Source: Marsupella aquatica (Eukaryota; Plantae; Marchantiophyta). Taken from it: a stretch of 64,000 nucleotides of DNA. The position numbers and the translations under genes are program-made. The stretch is taken from NCBI GenBank assembly GCA_973895155.1, contig OZ316898.1, positions 9,101,079 through 9,165,078 of the forward strand, read 5' to 3'. Positions 37,500 through 50,418 of the stretch are shown here, piece after piece. The notes below the pieces were generated by a model, which worked only from the letters and a program-made list of their open reading frames with translations, searched no databases and had not been told where the DNA came from. Position 1 is the first letter of the stretch, and each line of letters starts with the position of its first letter.

Positions 37500-40400
37500 A
37501 TGGAGTCGATTGTGTTGGAAGACTGGCTTCGTGTGGCCAGTTCATCGGTGCCCTCGGCATCCTCTTCTGCTCTGGCTCCAGCTTCCATACAAGGTGGTGC
37601 AGCTCAATTGCCCGCAAACGCAATTGTTCATGCTTGGTCTCAGATACGAGCCTGCGTTCAACAGAAAAGGGCTTTGACGTCGTTGTCGGACTCTGAACCC
37701 TTCGAGCTCCTGAATCAGCATCTCCGTTCTCTTCATTTGGCAGATTCTCAAGCCAAGCTTCTGCAGGCCCTGCTGTCTGACGTAAGCTCTAGCGATGCTG
37801 CTTTGCTCGGTTTCGTTCGTCGATTTGCAATTTTAGGGCTGCTGGCATGGATTCGGAAAGCTTTCACTGTGCCTGCCTCCACTACCAGTGGTACTTCTAT
37901 GAAGTATCCTGCCCCAGAAACCCTAGCATCCATTGTTCAAAGCTTACTGAGGGCCATGGAGGAACGTCCTCTCTCGGAGTTTTACACTTGTGAGGCGATC
38001 CTTCTTTTAGGCACCATATCCAATTTGCCAAATCTTTTGGCAGCAGTGAGAAACGACTGTTTGTCGGCAATTGCCAGAGAGCTGGCGGGGCGCAGGGATG
38101 TGATTATCAGAGGAGGAATTGCGGTAGCTCTTGCTGGTGCCGGATATGCCCTGGCTGTAATTTCTCAAGAGCACATTGTTCCCATTTTTCAGGCGTTGCT
38201 GTTGTTATGGACACAAAATCATGACTTACAATCTGGCGCAAAAGTCATGGACGACAGGGGAAGAATGGAAGGTGAATTGGGCGACGCACAAACGAGTAGG
38301 GAGCAGGATAATTCGATTCTAAAGGACCAAATCATGCTGCTGCATTTGATGGACTTCTTGGGCTCCATTTTAATTTCAAGGGAGAATGCTCAAATTGGAA
38401 CTGGTACCTCACAAATGGAGCTGATACAGGGTGCAACACTTAGATTGCTCGAAAATAACAATAACATGTACTTCATTCAGTGTACATCTACAATGGCCTG
38501 CACTGGACTCCTACGAAGCTTTTACAGGTGGGATGAAGGTAACAAGAAGCGTGGCATCCCGTCCCCTAATCGTCACAAGTGGCTCGAAGTTATCGGGAAC
38601 TTGGAAAGTATTGTAGTCATGATCTGTGAGCAAGCCGTGACTCCGGGTGTGGAGATGACGTCCAAGTTCCTTAATGAACCTAGCTCAGGTCCTTCTGGTG
38701 TATGTTTTGTGCCGGCTGGAAATCGGCACTTGTGTCGATGTGTGAGTGTGGCTGTGTCTCGGTGCCGAGGGCTACCAGCTCATCCTTACATACTGCGATG
38801 TTTGGTTTTCAGCATCTTCGGTGATGCACTCTCATTGGATACCCTCTACTCAGTTTTCACATCTGACTTAGCGCCTGGGAGTATCGGTTCTAGTCAGCAG
38901 CCAAGAGAGGTTTATTCATCACAGGAAGAGATAGTGTTGCCGAGAGGGAACGGTGGTGACTTGGGCCACAATTTGCATGACTTGGAGGTTCATGTAGACA
39001 GTTTTTTCCTTAAAGAAATTGGAGCCATGGCCCGAGCTATGTGTGACCAATACCAGGTGACCAGTGGGGATCTGCGGGGACAAACTGAGCACCTTGTCTC
39101 TGAGTATACTCGAAATTTATATGCAAGGCATCGTCTTTTGGTTGCAGTATCTCAAACATTTAAAAAGCAGGATTGGTCACTCTATAGGCAAACTCTAGAG
39201 AAGGTTCTTGAAACAGCTTTCATAACTGTTGTCATATTCTTCTCACTAGCGGTCAATGAACAAGTGCCCAATGACAATGACACTTCTGAAGCACAACGTG
39301 CAGCGCGGGCACTGGATTCTCTTTCCTGTGTTGAATACTTTCGGCATGTACAATTGAGAGAGTTCAGCAAGGTCGTCCAGCGCAGTGTTAGTCATATTGC
39401 TGGGTCGGAGGCTGCTTCTGTTTTCTTGGCTCGCTTGCTTCCTTCCTATGAAGACATCATGAGAAAGACTGGTATTTCCTTACTTCTATATGCTTTACGC
39501 TACGCGTCTATCTTCCTTCGTTACGCCTATCCGAATATTTATCTCATGCAAGTTTAGTGTTATTGTGGGAAGGCCCCTATGTTTTATGTTTGCGGTTCAC
39601 GTTGCTTTTGAGCTATGTTGCACTCGTACTATTTCCAGATGGGAACAGCTACGCTTTGCTTCTTGTAGCTTATAACATGAATGGGGGTTGATTAAGCTTA
39701 TGTGCAGGTACACCAGACTTGAACCTCTCTGTCAGTTGGGCCCAGGATGAGGTTCAGACAGCTCGGCTTCTGTTTTACCTGAGAGTATTGCCTTTGTGTT
39801 TAATCAAGATGCCAGAAGAAACCTTTGCTGCAGAGATTGCCCCTATTATGTTTTTGTATCCTCATTACTTCATTTCTGTGATGAAAAGCGTTCAGCTAAC
39901 TGTTAAGTTGTACACATTTCTCTCCGAATGTCAGTTCCTGTCTCGAACTTACCATTTCAATCACCATGCCTCGTCACCACTGTGTGCTTACTTCAGAACA
40001 GGACTCCTGAACTATAATCAAGTAGGAGAATTGGTCACTAAACGTTCTTCATTCACTTAGTAAGGTGTCAGCACTTGAATTCCAAACTTCCTGCCTGCAG
40101 AATTTGCTTGCCATGGTATGGTAGTGTATTTGGCATCTGAATATGTGATAAACATCACATTGATATTAATATCAATTACTATGCTGGATCGTAGTAGTAC
40201 AGGGAGCACAGTAGCCTTGGATCTGGGTGTGTCAGTTTGGGCCATCACACAATACATACAAGATTCTGCTGACTAATGTTCTTGTCAAGCGCTGGTGTCA
40301 CCTTGACAGTTACGAATCAGATATTTGCAGCATCCTTCTGAGACTGTCTCCAAAGCTTCACATGCACTGTTTGCTGCATTTCTATCTTTAGGTGTTACGT

Positions 40401-41971
40401 CGGAGCCGCCAGTGTCAATTGGGGTTAAAACATCTCAGTCTACTTCTGCTAGACCTGAAACCAAATTGACGTTGCGGGAACAACTCGTGGTGTATTATAT
40501 GGAAAGGGCTCTACAGGTAATTTCAGTACACCATGTTACCCTATCACCCTTCTCCTTCCTGGTTTAGGACCCTTCTGCGTGGTTGCGGTCCTCTTCAAAG
40601 CCGTTTTTATGATTCGGATTGGCATTGGATGAAACTATCCATCACGCTTCCCCTCGTCTTTGAATAATGCAAGACATGGATTGTCTTCTTCTCAGCTTTT
40701 TCGAATTAAAAAGGATCAAGAGAAAAGAGAAGATTTATTCATTAGAGCAGGACCAGTGCTGCTGTTGGAGACTCGTTTATCTTTTGCTGGGCTTTATGCA
40801 ATGAGAGGCAAGCTGATAAATCTTATCTTTTGCAGGGCTTCCCAGGAGTTACTCCTTTCCAAGGGCTTGTCGTAGGGGCTGGAGCAATTGCTCGGCAACT
40901 ACCTCCTGGCAGTCCAGCAACCGTGTACTGCTTGAAGTCCCTTGTGGATAAGACAGAAATTCTTTACAGTATGGACAGAAGTTCAAGTAGTCTAAGACTA
41001 AATGAAGGCAAGCTATCCCAGACACGACATCCAGGAGCGACTAGTGATGAACACGGAAAAGATTCTGGAGAGGAGGTCAGGGCTGCACAAAAGCTCCAAA
41101 TCCTACTGCTGCACTTGATTCTGTTGGTGGACTTGCAGGTATTGAATCCAACATTTCTTACCAGTGCCCATATTTTCTGTGATAGGTCAAATCGTCGCCC
41201 ATTCAAAAATCTGGATAGATCTTATGCGTGATTTCACCCTTTGCTGAGGTGCTTGTGTATATCTGTGCATGTAAGATCAATGAACACGGATGGGATCTGA
41301 GTTGCTTATTTCTTTAGTCAGTGTTTAATGATCTACCGCTAGAATGGTCTTGCGATCAAATCAGTCGATACTAAGAACCAAAGACCAAAGGTTGTTATTT
41401 TCTGCTGATTTGGGATACGTATGAGTTCGCAGTGCGCTTAGAACCTTTTCTTGAAATTCGTTAATGATATGCCGTCGTTTAACAGGTGCTTCCCGTATCG
41501 CTCAAGCTTATGGCGAAACTGATTTTGGGCCTGCCTAAGCACTTTCAAACTATAGCCTTGGGAGAAGCATTTGATGTAGTTGGTTGCACTAACGATTACA
41601 CTCGTAAACCCGTCATTGTACCATGGCTTCAGTCCCTGTCCTTCCTTTGTAATCAAAGCACCTCCAAGGAGAGACATATTCCCGAGAACGAGGACAGTAA
41701 TGCCCCCGAAACTAGATCTGTAAAGGTTAGCAATCCAGATAGTATTAGCAAAAGCAAGTCTGTAGACGTAACAACGTCAACTGGTACGGTTGGGGACACC
41801 AGAGAGGATGGAAAGAAGGCTAGTAATCTAGAGCCTGTTGATGAAGGCACAAAAGGAGCACTTGACTCACAACAAAGACAACCTGGAGATACTTCACCAG
41901 GGGGCCGGATGAGCGAAAACGACCAGACTGGGCAGAATGATGCAGGTTCAGAACTAATGTCAAAATTGTGA
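37500..41971 (+). CDS. Conserved plant helical protein of the At1g73970 family (putative plant PEX8) with C-terminal PTS1, 5 exons, ~1034 aa
   Basis: Exons 37500-39471, 39708-39855, 40321-40516, 40836-41138, 41486-41971 join in frame (3105 nt). Recognised family blocks LEDWLR, IVHAWSQIR, LHLADSQAKLL, WIRKAF, LAGAGYAL, ARLLFYLRV, MFLYLQHP, YYMERAL, FPGVTPF, DYTRKP..VPWLQSL; ends SKL*. Confidence 0.8.
39856..40320 (+). other. U12-type GT-AG intron in the PEX8-like gene
   Basis: 5' site GTATCCTCA; branch-point-like CACCTTGAC ~12 nt before the AG, with no polypyrimidine tract; splicing restores MFL|YLQHP. Confidence 0.8.
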
Positions 41972-42498
41972 CATGCTGCTCTAAAGCTTTAACGATATAC
42001 ATTGTGGTCAATCAACAATTTGAATCAACCTGTCATGAAAACAATTCAATGAATACCGAGACTGATTCGACTGTATTTGCTGAGTGTTCAATTTGGCAGG
42101 TAGAAAAATGGCAGATTCTGGAGAGTGATTGCTTACGGACATGAAGCCCTGTTTGTAGACGAATAAGACTGCCTTCTTGTCTTCAATCTACCAGTGAAAG
42201 CAATGACCTGCTTCAGAAATCTATCACTAACGAAATGTTTTTGTAGTCTTGACTGATCTTAGCAGGAAAGAGAGTTTCGCTCGGCTAGCTGCAGAGGTAC
42301 TTACAATACCCAGTGCAGTTGGCCAGGTGTGGAGCTCACGTAATATAAATGACTAATAGCTAACTAATCTAAAGATGTGAAGAGATCTACTCTAAGGAAA
42401 GCTTTGGGACTACTTGAAGATAGAAGATCTGGACATCCCTAACATTTTGTCACGTTGCAGACAAAAAACAGACTACAATGACAGAATAAACCAGGCCC

Positions 42499-42716
42499 GT
42501 GACCAAAGGGGTTTGGTCACATTAGGCTGAACAAAGTGGACCAAAGGGGTTTGGTCACATTAGGCTGAGTGAAAAAGAACAAAAGAAAGGGGGTTTGGTC
42601 ACATAAGGCTGAACAAAGTTGAAAAAGAACAAAAGAGAACAAAAGAAAGGGGGTTTGGTCACATTAGGCTGAACAAAGTCACATTAGGCTGAACAAAGTT
42701 GAAAAAGAACAAAAGA
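42499..42716 (+). repeat. Mosaic short tandem repeat
   Basis: Shuffled modules ggggtttggtcacattaggctgaacaaagt and gaaaaagaacaaaaga; the first unit is a hairpin gtgaccaaa-gggg-tttggtcac. Confidence 0.85.
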
Positions 42717-43240
42717 ATGAAGGAAACGCAAAAGATAAATTATTAACTGCTCCCCTCATCTTTTCCTCTGCCTACGTAAGCCATATGATCTTGGTTGAAT
42801 ACAAATACTGTATGCAATACATTAGATTTTGGTTTGGTCTCTTTAGAACAAAGGAAACTGTATTGCAGTCCAGTATTGCAATCCAGTATTGCAGTCAGTA
42901 TGTATTTTTGACAAGTATCTTGGAGGCTTTTTTTGGGCCCCCATCACATAGCTGAACATAGTTCAGCCAAAAAGAATCAAACATTCCTTCAAAATCAAAC
43001 TGGATCAGGCCATAAGAATAATGCATACGTTTAACCTGAGAAGTATAATTTCAAAATTCCAAGCTAATAACCCAATATTCAAATTAGTTCGGGTGGATTT
43101 GCCTTCAACTTGAATTACTGTACTTGTGGAAGTAAAAACTTGTTACAGACTCTCATGGGGGAGCTCCTTCTAAAATACTTGGAAGCATGGGGAAGCTCTT
43201 TCCAAAATCTCTGGAAACACGTGTAGTCACATCAATACTA

Positions 43241-43956
43241 TTGTCTTCCCCTGAACACACACAGTGCCCAGGCACTATATTCGAATAGTGGGCCATGGGC
43301 CGCTATATTCGAATAGTGTGCCCAAGGCGTTATGTTTGAGTTTTGACATTATGTTTTGGAATTTTTTTACATTGTGGCGATGTGTTTGAATTGTGGCGTT
43401 GTGTTTGAATAGTGGCATTGTGTTCAAATTTAGGCATTGTGATGAATTTAGGATGTAAGCAGGAATGATAGGCATAGAATTTAGGGTGTAAGCAGGAATG
43501 AAAGGCTAATGCTTCCAGACCATTTCAGCCCTGGTCAAATTTGGTGAGACAAAATAAAATAACGACTTAGAAAATCATTTTCTGATTTCTATTGCATTTG
43601 CACATGGATATAACTATTTGCAGAGTTGTCAAGTGCCATTTCAATTGAGTATGTGTGGGAAATATTGCTCCTAGCATTGTTGTCAAGATGTGAAGGTTAT
43701 CAACAGCTTTTTGTTTACTTTGCTTATGCTTTGATTGTAATTCACGAACTTGCACTTTTTGTGCTCAATGCTGTCAAGATTAGGAAAAACTGAAACACAA
43801 CCCTGAATATTCAAAAACAATGCCATATTCGAACACAACGCCCGGGCGTTGTGTTAAAATGATGTTGTGTTCGAGTTAAACTACTTTTTCTTACCAAGAC
43901 TAAAAAATTTCAACTTTCGAACACAATGCCCGGGCACTGTGTTCGGGGGAAGATGG
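43241..43956. mobile_element. TIR MITE with TA flanks (Tc1/mariner-pogo-like), lying between ~55-bp direct repeats
   Basis: Left TA|ttgtcttcccctgaacac..acagtgcccaggcac..ttcgaa matches right ttcgaacacaatgcccgggcactgtgttcgggggaagatgg|TA. Flanks gcatggggaagctc...gtgtagtcacatcaatacta on both sides. Confidence 0.75.
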
Positions 43957-45320
43957 TAGCATGGGGAAGCTCCTTCAAAAATATCTGGAAGCAAGTGTAG
44001 TCACATCAATACTATAATTAATCATAAACAAGAATGATTAATTATCAAAAAAAGAGCCAAATTAACATGACTATTTGTGTTTGAGGCAAGACAAAGAAAA
44101 ACAGCTAGAAACGGTAATTATAAACATAATGGAGAGTGAAAAATAAACTTCAAATAAACAAAGACATGAGTAGAAAAGGGGTAAAAGACAATGACCTTTG
44201 GATGGATTGTGATTGATATATCAATGTTATCAAGCAAATTCTTTGAAATTTATATTTAACTGACAAGTTTTTGAAATAACCATGGATAGAAAGAAACTCT
44301 TCAACTTCTATAACATTTATTACCATGGTAAATAATGTAAGAAACTCTTTGGCTACGTACTATGGATAGAGTAATACCAAGGGCACGAGAGAAACCCTTT
44401 GATTACTCAGTCAAGACAAAGGAATACCAAAGGAACGTAAGAACCCTTTGACTTGTATAACTTGTTTGCATGGATTGTATGGAATGCTACATGAATTGCA
44501 TGAACATATTAGTACCAAGGAATGCTCTGATAGGACTCCTACCATGAATAATCTCCTATTTGTCTGCAATGAAATTGAAAGTGTTCTAACTACCTTTACA
44601 CCCACTTCATTCACCATCCTCCATTTAATCTTTCCCATCTCCATCGTCAAACCCAATATGGAACTCTTCATCGCTCCAACTCGTTGAATAACATCAAGCT
44701 TACATAACCAAACAGGTGAGCTTATATAACCAAACAGTGACAAAATCGAGAGATCCCTCGAACCGCTCGTGCCAGTCAGAGGGGGCGCCGAACTGCAAAC
44801 CGGTTGTCTTCTCATTGCGGCCCTATTTCAAGGGTGACCCGCAAAAGCACAAATGCCCAGTGATTCGCGCGAACAAGCTTGGTGTGGATCACAAAACGGG
44901 GTCAGCAAATGGGACACAGCTTGTCAAGTCGACCCTCGAAGATTCCTGACTTCTTAGGCTCGAAGGAAGTTTGCCATCATTTGAGGGCTGATGGAACACG
45001 GCTCTAAAAAGGCCCCCTCATTAATGCGCCCGACTGTCTCCTGTTTAGCACTGCAGCTCCCGCAGCAGTCATCCCAGGTTAGTCCGTCGATCTTCCTTCT
45101 TTCTAGGCCACTTCAGGCTGTAACAGTATAACAACTGGACACTGAGTCGAGGATATATCGGTCCTCCAGCCACGCTAAGCCATTCGTGGCCAGCAAATTT
45201 GTCAAATAGCTTCAAGCCATTGGAGATTGATTCTAACATTATATCGGTCCTCTTGCCACTCTGAGCTCAGCCATTCTAGGCCGGCAAATTTATCAAAAGA
45301 GCTTCATGGCATCGATTAAC

Positions 45321-45733
45321 ATGGACGACATTAGCGATGGAGGACCTGACTGTTTCGCAAGACGATGACAGCCAGTACGCGGCCCGCGACATGATCATGA
45401 AATTTGCGACCTCAATGACGCTCAAGGTGGCTGTTGAGCTGGGAATTCCGGACATTCTCCTGCAACGCGGACGGAGGGAAGCCCTTAACAGTAGAGGAGA
45501 TCCTCGTGCACTTGTCCGTCAAGTCGCGCCAACCGGACTCCGATTTGACGAGAAGGCTTGCATGCCTCCTCAAACCTTTGGTGTGGGAAGGGTTCTTCAC
45601 ACATTCCTTCAATGACAACAAACAACCTGTATATAGCCTTACCAAAGTCTCCAAATGTTTTGTTCAAGAGACCAAGCTCAACATCCTACCGATTGCAGGT
45701 GATAACTTGATCCCCGACTTGATCATAATTGGC
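45321..45733 (+). pseudogene. O-methyltransferase exon-1 fragment, frameshifted duplicate of 47028-47440
   Basis: Highly similar to exon 1 and the intron start of the downstream copy; frameshifts near 45345 and 45460; no exon 2 follows. Confidence 0.85.
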
Positions 45734-46649
45734 CCTAACTACAGAAGAGAACGTCAATAAAGTGTAACAAAATATATGCCCTTTCTCATTCTTTGAATGT
45801 TAATGAAATGATTAAAAATAATAAAATCATTCATGTCAGCATTTTAACATACATAATATAGCATCCTCTTTGACTATGCACATCTTTACACACACACACA
45901 TATATTTGGTTGGGGCCCTTGAGTCACATCTTTACATCACAAATTATAATACAATGTTCTGCCATTTTATGCAGTGGTCATCATCATTGAAATTTGGAGT
46001 GGTTTTTTGGGTGAAAAAAGCAGAAACTGCAAAAAGTGGAAGGAATTAAGAACAAGTGGATTAAGTTTAGTGTGAATGATAAAGTAAGTGCACGCTTCTC
46101 CAAGCTAGAAAAAGAAAAAGACTTCCCTTTATCATCCATGGATACAAAGTGCTCCTCCCTCTACCATGGTCCATGCTACACCATACTGTGCTCTTCCTCT
46201 TCCTTAGGTCATCCATGCATACAAGTGCTACATCATCATGACAGGAGTTTGATTGCAAATATTACATAATCAATAAAGTAGTGCACAATCTAATCAATGA
46301 GAGAAAGTGAGAGGAGAATTGTTTTTAATAAAACAGAGGGGACCAGAAGAAAGGGGGAGTGGTGACAGGGAGGAGGATTGGTTGGGGGGGGGGGGGAGGT
46401 GTTACATGTTTACACAACAACACCTTCTCTGCGGGGATTGAACTAGTCCTCATATATTTGGGTGGGGCCTAGAGCGAGTGTCTACTGTCTTCACTCTAGA
46501 AGACTAACTAAGACCCCAATGCGGCCCTAGATTCACGGTAGAAGACCAAACCCCTATTGGACCCTAGATTCACTGTGAGAGTCTAGTGTCTTCCTCTAGA
46601 AACCTAGACCTCATCCCTAGTTTCTCTTATAAGTAAAATAACAAAAGAA

Positions 46650-47020
46650 CAATTGGAGATTGATTCTAGGATCATATGGGTCCTCTAGCCACGCTAAGCC
46701 ATTCCATGCCAGCAATTTTATCAAAGTAGATTCAATGCCATTGGAGATTGCATTCTAACATTTTTATATCGTTACTCTAGCCACGCTGAGCCATTCCAGG
46801 CCAGCAAATTTATCACAGTCAGTATCTTCAATCAATAACATTGGAGATCGATTTAAACATTGTATCGGTCCTCTAGCCACGCAGAGCCATTGCAGGCGAG
46901 CAAATTTACAAAGTAGCTTCAATGCCATTGGAGATTGATTCTGACATTATATCGGTCCTCTAGCCACGCGCGCTGAGAGCCATTCCAGGCCAGGAAATTT
47001 GTCAAACTAGCTTCAATTCC
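46650..47020 (+). repeat. ~90-bp tandem repeat x4 directly upstream of the OMT start (about 2 units upstream of the other copy, 45150-45310)
   Basis: ttggagattgattctaacattatatcggtcctctagccacgctgagccattccaggccagcaaattt.tcaaagtagcttcaatgcca units. Confidence 0.88.
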
Positions 47021-47027
47021 ATCGATC

Positions 47028-47966
47028 ATGGATGACATTAGCAACGAAGAAGGACCAGTTTCACAAGACGATGACAGCCCGGCCGTCGGCCTCGACATGA
47101 TTATGAAATTCGCGATCTCAATGACGCTCAAGGCGGCTCTTGAGCTGAGAATTCCGGACATTCTCTTCAAGGCGGACGGAGGGAAGCCCTTAACAGCAGA
47201 GGAGATCCTCGTGCACTTGCCCGTCAAGTCGCGCCAACCGGACTCCGATTTGACGAGAAGGCTTGCATGCCTCCTCAAACCTTTGGTGTGGGAAGGGTTC
47301 TTCACACAATCCTTCAATGACAACGAACAGCCTATATATGGCCTGACCAAAGTCTCCAAATGTTTTGTTAAAGAGACCAAGCTCAACATCCTACCGATTG
47401 CAGGTGATAACTTGATACCCGACTTGATCATAATTGGCAATCTTCGTTTATCGGTTGGGAACTTGATCTCACTAGTCTGGACCAGTTTGCTTTCGATACA
47501 ACATTTGTGGTCATATGAAATAGAACTTGCCAGTAGTACCTTAAAGTATGAAAACTTGCATGTGCGAACCAGCAGTAATAGCAATTTACATCTGGGATGT
47601 CTGCAGAATTGATGTTCCGTGAAGAGCTTGCGGGGGCTTCCGGTCGCATGAAGTATTCCATTCTAGATGATGATGTCAACCCGCTTGAAGAACAGGTTGG
47701 AATGCCTGCATACGAGTACATTGGGAAAAATCCGGAGTTCGGCACAGCATTGCAAAGTGGAATGGTCGGGTTCAGCAACGTCGTCCAGATGCACTCTGTG
47801 ATCGATAGTTTGCAACGCTCTGGTGTGCTTGAAGGTGTGGAGACTGTAGTGGACGTAGGAGGAGGAACGGGAAGTTGTGTTGCTGACATTATCGCCAAGA
47901 ACCCTCAGATCAAAGGAATCAACTTCGACCTCCCAGGCGTCATTGCCCAAGCTCCTGAAGTAGAAG
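47028..47966 (+). pseudogene. COMT-type small-molecule O-methyltransferase, two exons found, C-terminal exon(s) not found
   Basis: Exons 47028-47403 and 47607-47966 are in frame: dimerisation domain (SMTLKAALELRIPDIL...LTAEEI) and SAM-binding motifs VVDVGGGTG, KGINFDLPGVI. No GDMF/ILHDW-type exon is visible downstream. Confidence 0.7.
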
Positions 47967-48183
47967 GTCAGTACGTCACTGTTATTTACCATGGATCCTA
48001 GCTAGTTGTATCAAGATTTGGCTCCCGCTCGATCGTCACTCTCCGACGGTTTTTTCGTTCTTGACGATTAATCAGTCACCTCACTCGAGCACATTACGAC
48101 TACTGATCGAACCAGAGAGCTCCCGGCTTGAACGGAATATCCACCAGTAAGATTTGTCTAATGTCAATTTAATTCATACTCTT

Positions 48184-48263
48184 CTTGTGGAGAGGGGATT
48201 GAACCTGCCTAGGACCTCTCAGTTCCAGCAAATCCCCTAGCCAATTGACCTAAGCCAATTGGT
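48184..48263 (-). mobile_element. 5' (tRNA-like) fragment of the same SINE family
   Basis: gtggagaggggattgaacctg..ggacctctcagttc..gccaattgacctaagccaattgg matches 24897-24971. Confidence 0.7.
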
Positions 48264-48899
48264 TTTTAAATAATTGTATATGGGATGACTCTTATGTTAC
48301 ATCATGTAAAATTTGTCTTTTTCTGCAAATACCAAAGTAGGCAAGTTGGGAGGAGAATTTTTGGGGGCTTGAGAACCTTCTGGCTTTTTGCATAAATATG
48401 AGAATTTAGAAAGAGAACAATGGGTTCCTTTTGATTGTCACTTCTTTTTTTCTCTTTATTTAATTGTGCATGTTTTCTCTTTATTTGATTGTGTGAAAGG
48501 GAAGAAATGGGGGCCGGGAGGAAGGGAGTGAAGAAATGGTAAAGGTAGGAAAATACATTCCCCTCTTTGAAATAGGTGTAAGGCACCGTCAGCTCAGACT
48601 ACACAGCAAATACCGAACATGAGATCGAGAGACACTCAACCACACTTTACACCGATGAGCTAGACACCACAAGTGGAGAGGAAGACAGTGGGGAAACTTT
48701 TGAAGGATCCATTAGCATATCATGAGAGTACATGCATGTGAAGAGTAAGGGAGAGAATGCGGGAGAGATGTGTGGGCCTAAACCAAGCAAAATCAATCTT
48801 ATCCTAATGAAACCAAGGGTTTACTATTTAACCATAGTAAGGCCCAACTAACTAAATCTGCAAGCCCGAGTCAATTCCTAACAATAGCATTGCATGTGC

Positions 48900-49177
48900 G
48901 ACCACACCCCGGACCACACATGCATTGACCCTGCAAAAATCTTTATCTTGCCCCAATATCTTTTCCTTGCCTCAACATCTTTTCTTCCCTAGGTAAATAT
49001 ATTTTTTGCCTCTATAAGCATCTTTCCCGCAATCCATCTTTTCTCACCTCAATATTAATTGCCTTGACTTGACATTGTTTGTTTTCTTGCCATGATATCT
49101 CCTCAAAATCTTTTACTCACCCCAACATATTTTTTTATCTTGACTTCTTCTATGCAACACATGGGCATTTGGGCTAG
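48900..49177 (+). mobile_element. Decayed Helitron 3' end related to the one ending at 34565
   Basis: atcttgcccc/cctcaacatc-type repeats ending atgcaacacatgggcatttgggCTAG|T (CpG-decayed version of the 34540-34565 terminus). Confidence 0.55.
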
Positions 49178-49783
49178 TGAGTTTAGAATGAAGGTGGATG
49201 GCAAGATTGAGGGGTACCAAAGGAGACAATCAGGACTAAGGACAGCCACTTTTAAAGGAAAGGACTGAAAATGTCATTAAAATGTGGTTGAATACACTCC
49301 CCAAAAGGTTGGACACACTCTCTTCCACAAGGTTGGGGCACTTTCAACAATGTTGTGCACACTTTCAAAGACTTGGCATGCAAGATCTAACATTTAAATC
49401 TTTTCCAAGTAATCCTAACCGTTCCATGTCACATTTGGGTCATTATGGAATATTCTTGGAATATGGACAAGGAGTATGTCCTTTTTGTGGAGAAAATGGA
49501 AGACTTTTCAGTACCCCTCAAGCTTGCTTCTGACCGAAAGTAAATGATTTAAACCAAATAATTGAGTTTATCAATCATGATTTAAACATAATAATTTAGT
49601 TTATCATAATATTTAAAACATAATAATTTGATTTATCATGGTAAGGTGTGACTTAAAACACCTTATATGAGTGACATAGTACACAGTATAGAAACATCTT
49701 AATATATTGTCCCATTTTACTGTAAAATCATAGGATCATACATTGTCATATTTTGATGTAATTAAAATCATAAGATGGACACG

Positions 49784-50418
49784 GACTTGATGTGCAATTA
49801 TTACCAGGATGCGATATTAGCATGTGGCTCAGGAACATACTGATGACCTATGATATATGTTAGCTTCACGGCTGACACATATCGCTCAATTGCCGCAGAG
49901 ATTGACACACAACTGTTACTTGTTACTGTACGTAGCTCGGCCGACCCACATCATAATTAGACGAAGAAAAGAGGGAAGGAAAGGTCTGTGGTTTCTAGGA
50001 AACAGCCTTATTATTGGTACTGAATTTCAACTCCTCACCGCCGCTATAGCGACTGTTTAGGGTAAAACACTGCACAGTTTATATTGATTTAACAATAATT
50101 GGGTTTATCATGGTATGGAACGACATGGTACAACATATATGTAAATTATAGGGACTTGACGTGCAATTAAACGACTGAACCCTTATAACGTCACTCAGGA
50201 ATATAGTGATACCTATATATACGAAGTGCTTCACGACTGACCAATATCCCTCGATTGCCTGAGAGATTGACACACAACTATTACTGTACGTAGCTCGGCT
50301 GAGAAACGTAATAATTCAACGAAGAAAAGAGAGTCGGAAAGTTCTGTGGTTTCTAGGAAGCTGCCTTATTATTGGTAGCACTGAATTTCAACTCCACTCA
50401 CCGCTGCTACAGCGACTG
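49784..50418 (+). repeat. Diverged ~270-bp direct duplication (period ~370 bp), probably promoter/5' leader of the Cys/His micro-gene
   Basis: ggacttga.gtgcaatta...gagattgacacacaact...tactgtacgtagctcggc...tctgtggtttctagga...ctgaatttcaactcc...agcgactg at 49784-50055 and 50152-50418; TATATATA in the second copy (~50214). Confidence 0.75.

Noticed and set aside
46919-47898. 221-aa and 156-aa minus-strand ORFs
   Set aside because: Antisense shadows of the OMT exons.
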